Shown: positions 1 through 8,086 of the stretch, in pieces
Layout: every line of letters starts with the position of its first letter
Position numbering within the stretch: position 1 is the stretch's first letter
DNA from: Bacillota bacterium
GTDB lineage: Bacteria; Bacillota_I; Bacilli_A; RF39; UBA660
Reading direction: 5' to 3'
Assembly: GCA_015059495.1 (NCBI GenBank)
Contig: SVAI01000001.1
Span: forward strand, 435,246-499,245
Length of the DNA stretch: 64,000 nucleotides
The notes under the pieces: generated by a model
Seen by the model: the letters and a program-made list of their open reading frames with translations, nothing else
Databases searched by the model: none
What the model was told of the DNA's origin: nothing
Made by a program: the position numbers and the translations under genes

Positions 1-237
1 AATCAAATATTTATTAATTATTTTATTCTTATCTTTTAAATCCTTATTCTTTAACTTCAATCCCAAAAAGAATGTCGAAGCCACAAAGAAAAATGGTACA
101 GCACTTCTAAAAACACTATGAAATAATACATAATCAAAAGTATTATCAAAATCATAAAATATTTGAGCATGTATTCCTATAACACATATACAAAAAAATA
201 ATTTTAAATAATCTATATAAGCATAATTTTCTTTCAT
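1..237 (-). CDS. 5' part of a membrane protein continuing beyond the window start; possibly acyltransferase-3 family
   Basis: Manual translation of the minus strand from an ATG at 235-237 gives MKENYAYIDYLKLFFCICVIGIHAQIF...FRSAVPFFFVASTFFL, hydrophobic and open to position 1. It is not in the ORF track because it is truncated. The family assignment rests only on a weak motif resemblance. Confidence 0.3.
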   Translation of the reverse strand, partial: MKENYAYIDYLKLFFCICVIGIHAQIFYDFDNTFDYVLFHSVFRSAVPFFFVASTFFLGLKLKNKDLKDKNKIINKYLI

Positions 238-287
238 AATAACTACCCTCTTCAATTATTTTAAAACATAAATATAAAAAAAGAAAG

Positions 288-731
288 TTATTTAACTTTC
301 TTATATATGTAATTTAATAATGTATATACTATAGATCCACTAGTATCTATTAATACATCCTTTAAAGATGATACTCTGCCATCTACAAAGTATTGTATTG
401 ATTCATCAAAACTAGCAATAACTATACAAAATATAATAGTATATAAATATTTATATTTAAATTTAAATTCATTTAATACTACCATAGTTAATATAGCAAG
501 TATAAAAAATTCACTAAAATGAGCTACTTTTCTAATCATTGGATGTATTTCTTCAACTAACTTATTTAAGTTATCTTCACTATAATTATTAGTTATTTTT
601 AAATATATACTAGCAACACTTCTAGTAACACCAAAACTTGTTTTACTAGTTTCTTCAGACTTTTGAAAAGATAAAGAAAATATAACACCTATCCAACAAA
701 TAAGTAATAATACTTTAATTATTCTTTTCAT
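288..731 (-). CDS. VanZ-like family membrane protein
   Basis: 147 aa with several TM segments and a C-terminal FDESIQYFVDGRVSSLKDVLIDTSGSIV motif (D-x-Q..F..GR...D...N..G) typical of the VanZ family. Confidence 0.55.
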   Translation of the reverse strand: MKRIIKVLLLICWIGVIFSLSFQKSEETSKTSFGVTRSVASIYLKITNNYSEDNLNKLVEEIHPMIRKVAHFSEFFILAILTMVVLNEFKFKYKYLYTIIFCIVIASFDESIQYFVDGRVSSLKDVLIDTSGSIVYTLLNYIYKKVK

Positions 732-2712
732 TTAATATATCTAATACTTTCTTCTTTATACTTTCTTTATCAAAATTCATTTTTCTAATAACATCATTTT
801 CTTTACCACTATAACCAAATGTATTAAGACCAATAACATTATTATAATTAGTAAACTTACACCAGTTTTCTGGACTAGAAGATTCAATAGCAATAATCTT
901 AGTATTCTTAGGTAATACACTATTTTGATATTCTTTAGATTGATTTAAGAATAATTCTTGGCAAGGCATAGATACAACTCTTATATCATATGTATCTTCC
1001 AATTCAGAAGCAACTAATAATGTATTAGTTAAATCATTACCACAAGATAATAATATAGCATCTATCTTTTCTTTTTCTTTTTTAACAATATAACCACCAG
1101 TTAAAGATTTAACACCATTAGTACCTGCTAAAATATGATTCTTACCTCTATTAATTAATAATGATGATGGTTTAGCGTTTTTAGTAATAGCTTCCCAACA
1201 TCCAATTACTTCATTAATATCAGCAGGTCTATATACATACATATTAGGTATACTTCTAAGAGATATTAATTGTTCAATTGGTTGATGAGTTGGACCATCT
1301 TCGCCAACATTAATTGAATCATGAGTAAATATAAAAGTAGATGGTAAATTTTGCATAGCAGCAAGCCTTAAAGCTGGTTTCATATAATCACTAAACACCA
1401 AGAAAGTTGATGTAAATGGTCTTAAATTATATGTTGCCATACCATTAATTATCGCTCCCATAGCATGTTCTCTAATACCAAATGATATATTTCTACCACT
1501 ATAATCATTTCTAGAGAATTCACCATGTTTTAATAGTCTTGTATTACAACTAGCAAATAGATCTGCAGAACCACCAATAAAGAATGGAGTTCTATCAGCA
1601 ATAATATTCATTATCTTAGAATTACTTTCTCTTAAATCTTCAAAATAACTAGATTGAATTTTAAAGTTCTTAGCTTCATAATTTAATCCAATATCATTAT
1701 TTTGAACAAATCTATCAAATATTTGTACTTCTTTATAATTAGTTACATGGAATGTATTAAGATACTCATTATATTTCTTTATATCTTTAGACATTCTCTT
1801 TTCAATTCTATTTCTATATAGATCTAAATATCTAGCTACAATCTCAAACTTAGATGTATTAATGCCATAAGTTTGTCTTAGAGATGCTATATCATCTTTA
1901 GATAATGGTTTACCATGAACTATATTAGTTCCAGCATTAAATGAATCTTGACCTATAATAGTCTTAACTTCAATAATAGTTGGATTATTTTTATTTCTTT
2001 TAGCTCTATTAATTGCTTGATCTAATTTATTAATATTATTACCATCACTAACAAAATCAACATTCCAACCTAAAGCATCAAAACGTTTCATAAAGTTTTC
2101 TGAACTAGATTTTGATAAATTAGCATCTAATGTAACATTATTAGAATCATATATAACAATTAAATTATTTAATCCATATAAAGACGCTAAATTAGCAGCT
2201 TCATAAGAAATACCTTCTTCTAAATCACCATCAGATACTAAGCAATATACTTTATGATTTAATATCTTTTGTTTATCTACATATTTAGAAATATAACCTT
2301 CTAAATACTTATCTGCCATAGCCATACCAACAGCAGCAGCAAATCCTTGACCTAATGCACCAGTCGAATAATCAACTCCAGGTGTTAAATTCTTTTCAGG
2401 ATGTCCTGGTGTCTTTGAATTAATTTGTCTAAATCTAACTAAATCTTCTAATTTTATGTCATAACCAGCCATGAACAATGTCGAATAAAGTAGTGCTGAT
2501 CCATGACCAGGTGACATAACGAATCTATCTCTATCAAACCAATTAGGATTTTTAGTATCAATTCTTAAATGATTACCATATAAAGTATATAAAATTGGTG
2601 CAGCTCCTAAAACAATACCTGGATGACCTGAGTTAGCAGCATCAATCATATCTATTGCTAATAATTTTATTGTGTTTATTATTTTCTTATCTTCTTCATT
2701 CATATCACACAC
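715..2712 (-). CDS. tkt: transketolase
   Basis: 665 aa with the GHPG...G and SPGHGS motifs, the ThDP-binding GDG-x-EG region and a full-length match to the transketolase architecture. Confidence 0.9.
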   Translation of the reverse strand: MCDMNEEDKKIINTIKLLAIDMIDAANSGHPGIVLGAAPILYTLYGNHLRIDTKNPNWFDRDRFVMSPGHGSALLYSTLFMAGYDIKLEDLVRFRQINSKTPGHPEKNLTPGVDYSTGALGQGFAAAVGMAMADKYLEGYISKYVDKQKILNHKVYCLVSDGDLEEGISYEAANLASLYGLNNLIVIYDSNNVTLDANLSKSSSENFMKRFDALGWNVDFVSDGNNINKLDQAINRAKRNKNNPTIIEVKTIIGQDSFNAGTNIVHGKPLSKDDIASLRQTYGINTSKFEIVARYLDLYRNRIEKRMSKDIKKYNEYLNTFHVTNYKEVQIFDRFVQNNDIGLNYEAKNFKIQSSYFEDLRESNSKIMNIIADRTPFFIGGSADLFASCNTRLLKHGEFSRNDYSGRNISFGIREHAMGAIINGMATYNLRPFTSTFLVFSDYMKPALRLAAMQNLPSTFIFTHDSINVGEDGPTHQPIEQLISLRSIPNMYVYRPADINEVIGCWEAITKNAKPSSLLINRGKNHILAGTNGVKSLTGGYIVKKEKEKIDAILLSCGNDLTNTLLVASELEDTYDIRVVSMPCQELFLNQSKEYQNSVLPKNTKIIAIESSSPENWCKFTNYNNVIGLNTFGYSGKENDVIRKMNFDKESIKKKVLDILNEKNN

Positions 2713-2756
2713 ACCCTATCATATATAATATTACCATAATATATAAAAAAAATCTA

Positions 2757-3905
2757 TTAGTAATCTAATAGATTCTTTATTAATTTATACAAATTTTTCA
2801 TAGCAGTATTCTTAGTACTAATCTTAATACTTCTAGCATATTCATCTAATATATCACTATCTTTTAACATCTTAGTAATATATCTATTTAATCCAAATGA
2901 AGTTCTAAAATATTTACCATAATGTTCACTTTCAAAATACTTATAATTTGCTATTTCTTGACCACCACTATGTCTAATCATGAATACTGGCTTTTTAAAA
3001 TATAAACATTCAGTTAATTGAATACCACCTGGTTTAGATACAACAAAATCACTAAATTCTAATAACTCTGGCACATTAGTAACAAACCCTAAAGTTCTAA
3101 CATTATGTAAATTATATTCTCTAACATATTCATCTACATCATATTTAGAATTCTCATTCTTACCAGCAATATAAATTATATCTAAATTAGGATTATTCTT
3201 AGCTAATCTTTTAATATATGGTAGTGATTTAGATGATCCAGCACCTCCACCACCAAAGAATAAACATATTTTATTATCACCACTAAAATTAAATTCTTTT
3301 AATAATTTCTTCTTATTAAACTTATGTTCCATCTTAGGAGCTATAGGTATACCAAATACCTTAATTTTATCTTTATTAACCCCTCTTTTAATTAAATCAT
3401 GTTGCATTTCTTTATTACCAACAACAATATAATCCATAAATCTATGATTCTTCATCCATAGTTCAATAATATCATAATCAGTAACAACAGTAACAACTTT
3501 AGGATTAATAATACCCATATCTTGATAATGTTTAACTAAACTAGGTCCAAAGAAATGAGTACAAACAACTAAATCAGGATTAAAACTAGCTATTTGTTTT
3601 TTCATTCTCTTATTTTTAAATATAGTAGTACTTAAACTATCTATAACGTCTCCACCTACTTTAGTACCAGTTATATTATAAAACATATTATGAATATATG
3701 GAGTCTTTAACATAAAGAATAAATTAACCTTTTGAGATATCTTACCTACTACTTTCATTGAATAAGTTAAAATATCTAAAGTAGCTACTTCAATATTCTT
3801 ATCATTTTCTTTTAAATAATTAGCTACATAATTAGCAATTGCTTTATGCCCATTGCCATATGATGCATAAATAATTAATACTTTCTTCATAATATCTACA
3901 CCCAA
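2757..3905 (-). CDS. GT28-family diacylglycerol glycosyltransferase (MGDG synthase / UgtP-like)
   Basis: N-terminus KKVLIIYASYGNGHKAIANYV is the hallmark start of UgtP/MGDG synthase family enzymes. About 380 aa with a C-terminal glycosyltransferase GGG-rich segment. Confidence 0.75.
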   Translation of the reverse strand: MGVDIMKKVLIIYASYGNGHKAIANYVANYLKENDKNIEVATLDILTYSMKVVGKISQKVNLFFMLKTPYIHNMFYNITGTKVGGDVIDSLSTTIFKNKRMKKQIASFNPDLVVCTHFFGPSLVKHYQDMGIINPKVVTVVTDYDIIELWMKNHRFMDYIVVGNKEMQHDLIKRGVNKDKIKVFGIPIAPKMEHKFNKKKLLKEFNFSGDNKICLFFGGGGAGSSKSLPYIKRLAKNNPNLDIIYIAGKNENSKYDVDEYVREYNLHNVRTLGFVTNVPELLEFSDFVVSKPGGIQLTECLYFKKPVFMIRHSGGQEIANYKYFESEHYGKYFRTSFGLNRYITKMLKDSDILDEYARSIKISTKNTAMKNLYKLIKNLLDY

Positions 3906-4028
3906 TAATAATTATAAGTAAATAAGAAATAAAATGCAAGGAATAAAGTAACAACAAAATTACGTTTGATGCAATTTGATAAATAATTCATTTTATGTTA
4001 TGATAACCACAAGAAATGAGGTGTAATT

Positions 4029-4598
4029 ATGAAATATGATTTCGAAAAAGAAATTATAGAGCAAAAGCCCCTTACTGCCAAGCAAAAAAATATTCTAGAT
4101 TATATTAAAAAATATATCGCAGAATATAATTATGCACCAACTATTAGAGAAATTGGCGAAGGAAATAACTTGTCATCCTCAGCAACTGTACATACTTATA
4201 TAAATATTTTAATTACTAAGGGATGGTTAAAGAAGAGTGACTATAAATTTAGAACTCTTGAAGTAGTCGGCGAAAACGAATACTTAAACCAAGCTAGAGG
4301 CATAACTACTCTACCATTAATCAACGAAGATAAAGACTTTAAAGAACAACAAGAAAATGGTAAGAAAATTGATATTTATAATGATCAATTTGCCGTAACT
4401 AAAGAATCTCTAGTAATTAAAATAACTAAAGATGATATCTTTCAAAAAGATGATTACATTATCACTAAACCATCTAGTAAATATAAGGATAGTGATTATG
4501 TAGTTACTCTAAAAGATGATAAAGTTAGTATTGTAAAATACAAGGCTAATACTAAAAATATTATTGGTAAAGTCATTGCATCAATAAGAAAATATTAA
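4029..4598 (+). CDS. LexA-like transcriptional repressor with degenerate (probably non-cleavable) S24 domain
   Basis: N-terminus LTAKQKNILDYIKKYIAEYNYAPTIREIGEGNNLSSSATVHTYINILITKGWL aligns with the LexA winged-HTH (B. subtilis LexA: LSKRQLDILRFIK...[34 protein letters not shown]). The C-terminal end ...NIIGKVIASIRKY matches LexA ...ILGKVIGVFR. The GDSM catalytic-Ser position reads KDDI, and the segment between the Lys region and the C-terminus is deleted. RBS GAGGTG sits 7 nt upstream. Confidence 0.6.
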   Translation: MKYDFEKEIIEQKPLTAKQKNILDYIKKYIAEYNYAPTIREIGEGNNLSSSATVHTYINILITKGWLKKSDYKFRTLEVVGENEYLNQARGITTLPLINEDKDFKEQQENGKKIDIYNDQFAVTKESLVIKITKDDIFQKDDYIITKPSSKYKDSDYVVTLKDDKVSIVKYKANTKNIIGKVIASIRKY

Positions 4599-4630
4599 AA
4601 AAGATGTTTTAATAAACATCTTTTTTATTT
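4598..4630. terminator. bidirectional rho-independent terminator between the convergent lexA-like and TasA-like genes
   Basis: aaaagatgttt-taat-aaacatctttt hairpin flanked by A-run and T-run. Confidence 0.55.
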
Positions 4631-6283
4631 TGACTCTCGAGGAGAATTAATTGCTAACTTGTATGGATTATTTGATGTACCATTTCCTTCAAAAATTACA
4701 ACTGAATTATCAAGATAAACTACAGGGAAAACTCCCTTTACATTACTTCCAGTTTGTAATCCCATGTAACCACTTTCTCCTATACCAAAAGACTCACTAG
4801 CATTTCCTGACCAAGCATAAGGTGGAAATATCCAATACCAAATATTTTTGACTAGCCAAGTATTATTATAACAATCTGAAATATTTTCTATATTACTTTC
4901 ATCCATCCACATAAGCGGACCATAACTTATGCACGCACTTCTATTTAAGTTAGCACCACCACTACTTGAATAACCATAATCACTAGCATACAATAAGCCA
5001 ACCTTAGCAATAGTACTAGTAGTTCTTTCAACACTATCATTACAATATTTAGAAGATGCACATCCTTTTGAAATACTATTGCCTCTTTCATATGTATAAA
5101 AATCAACTATTGTAGTTTGACCAAGAGTATTATTCATTTCAGCTGGTAGAGAACCATGCTTCCAATTAACAGTACTAATCATTTTTTGAGCAGTTGCATT
5201 TAATGTTGAAGCTGGCTTAGCAGCTTTCTTTTTATTACCATCGCCATTATACCATTTACCATCAGTACCAACAGTTATATTACCTAAATAATCAGTATTT
5301 AATTCTCTATATAAGTCAGCACCTTCATAAGTTCCAGATGATCCCCATTGATTTATTCCCCATCCACTATTTATACTTGATGCACTAGAATCCCAAGAAT
5401 AATTACCAAGAGATACATCTCTTATAATTTTAACTCTAGGAGCAACATTACCATTTTGATCTTCAATATTATTAAATACACCAACAATTCGCCATTTTTC
5501 ACAAGTTGAATCCCCCATTACTTCAGGATCATCACTAGTACAATTAAAATAAACATAATTATTAGGATTTGCACCATAATATCTTAAGTTATTATCTTCA
5601 GTTCCATATTCTCCTAAAGTATCAACACCATCATATTCTAAATCACTAGCACCATTATTTTTTAATACAGTTAAATAATCAACTGCAGGTTTAATACTAG
5701 ATTCAAGATAATTGTTAATGTTTATCTTAGCAGTAAATCTTCTATTTTTGTTATCATCTTGATTAGAATTATCTTCCCTAAATTTAAATCTAATTAAGTA
5801 TGTATCAACTCTATCAACATCAATAGATCTAGTACTACCTATTTTTGAACTCTCACCAACTATACTTGGTACTACTTCATCATCCACTATTTTAGTAAAA
5901 CCAGTTAAATCCCCATAAACAAAAGTAAAATCAGTAGAATCATTTCTATAATAAAGATCATATACAAGATCATTTTTATCTACAAAAGTATTAATTATTT
6001 CAGACAAGTAAATATTATAGGCAGTTTCAACACTTCCATTATTATGAACACTAAACATTTTATCAATTTGAGCACCTGGAATAGCATCAAAAACAACTTT
6101 TTCACCATTATCATGAAAGTCTAAACTTAAAGTCCCACTAGTAATAACATTACTATTAGCATTATTATTACCTTCAACACTTGCAGTATAATATGCAAAA
6201 GATGCTACTGTAGCAATAGATAAAATTAAAAATGCTCCAATAACAACTAATAATTTAAAATATTTATTCATCATGTCAATCAC
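4625..6283 (-). CDS. secreted protein with SipW-cognate-type signal peptide and TasA/camelysin-like N-domain fused to a large C-terminal extension
   Basis: The TM/h-region is followed by SFAYYTASVEGNNNANSNVITSGTLSL (compare CalY GGTFAYFSDKEVSNNTFATGTLDL). The downstream block ...PGAQIDKMFSVHNNGSVETAY... resembles the TasA beta-sandwich (PGD...V.N.G). It is paralogous to five other genes in the window. Confidence 0.6.
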   Translation of the reverse strand: MIDMMNKYFKLLVVIGAFLILSIATVASFAYYTASVEGNNNANSNVITSGTLSLDFHDNGEKVVFDAIPGAQIDKMFSVHNNGSVETAYNIYLSEIINTFVDKNDLVYDLYYRNDSTDFTFVYGDLTGFTKIVDDEVVPSIVGESSKIGSTRSIDVDRVDTYLIRFKFREDNSNQDDNKNRRFTAKININNYLESSIKPAVDYLTVLKNNGASDLEYDGVDTLGEYGTEDNNLRYYGANPNNYVYFNCTSDDPEVMGDSTCEKWRIVGVFNNIEDQNGNVAPRVKIIRDVSLGNYSWDSSASSINSGWGINQWGSSGTYEGADLYRELNTDYLGNITVGTDGKWYNGDGNKKKAAKPASTLNATAQKMISTVNWKHGSLPAEMNNTLGQTTIVDFYTYERGNSISKGCASSKYCNDSVERTTSTIAKVGLLYASDYGYSSSGGANLNRSACISYGPLMWMDESNIENISDCYNNTWLVKNIWYWIFPPYAWSGNASESFGIGESGYMGLQTGSNVKGVFPVVYLDNSVVIFEGNGTSNNPYKLAINSPRESK

Positions 6284-6476
6284 ACCTACTACTATTTATA
6301 TAATTATAATATCAAATTTATTAAATAAAAAAAAGATTTATTTTCATAAATCTTATAAATATAAAGAAGAAGATTTTGTTGTGATTTTAGAAGATAAACA
6401 TGTTAAAACTGTTAAATACACCAAGAAGCCAGAGAAAGTTATTGGAAAAATAATCGCAGTTTACAAGAAATTTTAA
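6273..6476 (+). pseudogene. remnant of a LexA-like gene (C-terminal fragment only)
   Basis: The ORF C-terminus FVVILEDKHVKTVKYTKKPEKVIGKIIAVYKKF is clearly homologous to the C-terminus of the 4029-4598 protein (YVVTLKDDKVSIVKYKANTKNIIGKVIASIRKY). The N-terminal 35 aa are low-complexity and there is no HTH. Confidence 0.45.
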
Positions 6477-6503
6477 AAGAGGTATATTAATACCTCTTTT
6501 AAA
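6474..6503. terminator. rho-independent terminator
   Basis: aaaagaggtata-ttaa-tacctctttt hairpin with flanking T/A runs, between the LexA remnant and the convergent TasA-like gene end. Confidence 0.5.
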
Positions 6504-8070
6504 TTGCTAATTTATAAGGATTATCATATGATCCATCACCTTCAAGTACATATACATCATTTTTTAAATAAAGTGCAGGTCTAACACCATTCTTTTCAAA
6601 TAACATTCTCTCAGTTATATCACCACTCGAAGAAAGACAATAAACTGTATTTGCTGAATTTGATGTTCCAGAAGCAGTAATAGTAAATAAAGTTATATAA
6701 TTATATTCATTCCCAACTCCATATAGCCAAGAGGACGAACCGCAAAAAGTGTACCTATAACTCCAAAGTGAAAAATCAGTTTCCAAACATGTTCTTTTAT
6801 CATAATTATCACTACCACTAGTAGAATAACCGAATTCACTAACAGACATTAATCCGATCTTTCCAACCCACGATGATGTTCTTACAACAGTGTCACTACA
6901 ATCAACACCACCACTACAATATTTACCGTTATTTTCACTTCTTTCTAAATTATACATATTTTTAGGATTAAAACTCAACGTTGAATATCCTTTAGAACCT
7001 GTATACCATTTAGCTTCTTGAATCATATTTAAAGCATTACTCTTAATTGTTGATGTAGGTCTTTTTACAGTTCTTCTATTATAATAATCACCAACCCAAT
7101 ATCCATCAGCACCTATGGTATAATTACCCAAATAATCGGTATTTAATTCTCTCATAAGAAACGACCCAGGATATAAAGTACCATCTTCATATACAGATTC
7201 ACCCCATTGATTAACACCAGTACCTTGATTAACAGCTTTAATCGAACTATCCCAAGAATACAATCCTAAATATCCACTATGTATAATCTTAACTCGTGAA
7301 TCAGCATTACCTTCACCATCTTCGATATTATTAAAAATTCCCATAATTTGCCACTTTTGACAGGTATAAATAGACATTTCATCAGGATTAGAAGTATTAC
7401 AATTAAAATAAACATAATTATTTGGAAATTTTCCTACATATCTTAAATTATTATCTGAAGTTCCAACATCACCTAAAGTATCAACACCATCATATTCCAA
7501 ATAACTAGCACCTGCATTTTTATCTTCAATAATCTTAGTAGCTAATCTAATTTTAGGTACTTCCTCAGATAGTTCAACTTTAGCTCTAAATGTTTTACCC
7601 TTATTATTATCTTGATTTAAGTTAGTCTCTTTAAAAGTAATCTTTAATGTATAATTGTGAGTTTGACCAACACCAATTGCAACATTAGATGCTATTTTTG
7701 TATTTGTTTCTGGACAAGTAGTTTGATTAATATTATAACCTTCGCTACTAATTAATTCATAAACTAAATCACTTTTATTAGCGAAATCATTTATAACATC
7801 ATTTAAATATATATCATAAGCGGTATCAACTGTACCAGTATTTCTAACACTAAATGCTAAAGTTACATAGTCCCCTGGTAACATATTTGAAGTTGTACCA
7901 ACAACATTACCATTTTCAAAAGTAACCTCCATATACCCAGTAACAATAACAGTATTACTAGCCGTAGCATTCCCACCTATACTCGCAGTAAAATAAGCAT
8001 AAGATGTAATAGATACTAAAGCAATAATTAAAACACTTAATATATACAATATAGTTTTTTTATTATTCAT
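6499..8070 (-). CDS. secreted TasA/camelysin-like N-domain protein with C-terminal extension (paralog)
   Basis: The signal peptide is followed by SYAYFTASIGGNATASNTVIVTGYMEV. Residues 24-160 are identical to the 8087-9754 product. The central YDGVDTLG...YVYFNC...QWG...RELNTDYLGN module and the C-terminal NGVRPALYLK...NPYKLAI are shared with paralogs. Confidence 0.6.
   Translation of the reverse strand: MNNKKTILYILSVLIIALVSITSYAYFTASIGGNATASNTVIVTGYMEVTFENGNVVGTTSNMLPGDYVTLAFSVRNTGTVDTAYDIYLNDVINDFANKSDLVYELISSEGYNINQTTCPETNTKIASNVAIGVGQTHNYTLKITFKETNLNQDNNKGKTFRAKVELSEEVPKIRLATKIIEDKNAGASYLEYDGVDTLGDVGTSDNNLRYVGKFPNNYVYFNCNTSNPDEMSIYTCQKWQIMGIFNNIEDGEGNADSRVKIIHSGYLGLYSWDSSIKAVNQGTGVNQWGESVYEDGTLYPGSFLMRELNTDYLGNYTIGADGYWVGDYYNRRTVKRPTSTIKSNALNMIQEAKWYTGSKGYSTLSFNPKNMYNLERSENNGKYCSGGVDCSDTVVRTSSWVGKIGLMSVSEFGYSTSGSDNYDKRTCLETDFSLWSYRYTFCGSSSWLYGVGNEYNYITLFTITASGTSNSANTVYCLSSSGDITERMLFEKNGVRPALYLKNDVYVLEGDGSYDNPYKLAI
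7571..8004. repeat. copy 1 of a ~434 bp near-identical direct repeat (5' coding region of a TasA-like paralog)
   Basis: Direct reading shows the DNA at 7571-8004 and 9252-9685 is identical except for about 3 positions (for example gctc/gtac near the start and a/g at 7620/9300). Confidence 0.8.
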
Positions 8071-8086
8071 CTAAATCCTCCTTATC

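Noticed and set aside
4029-4598. Calling this gene canonical lexA (SOS repressor)
   Set aside because: The HTH is LexA-like. The catalytic Ser position is not conserved (KDDI instead of GDSM) and part of the S24 domain is missing. No GAAC-N4-GTTC SOS box was seen in its promoter.
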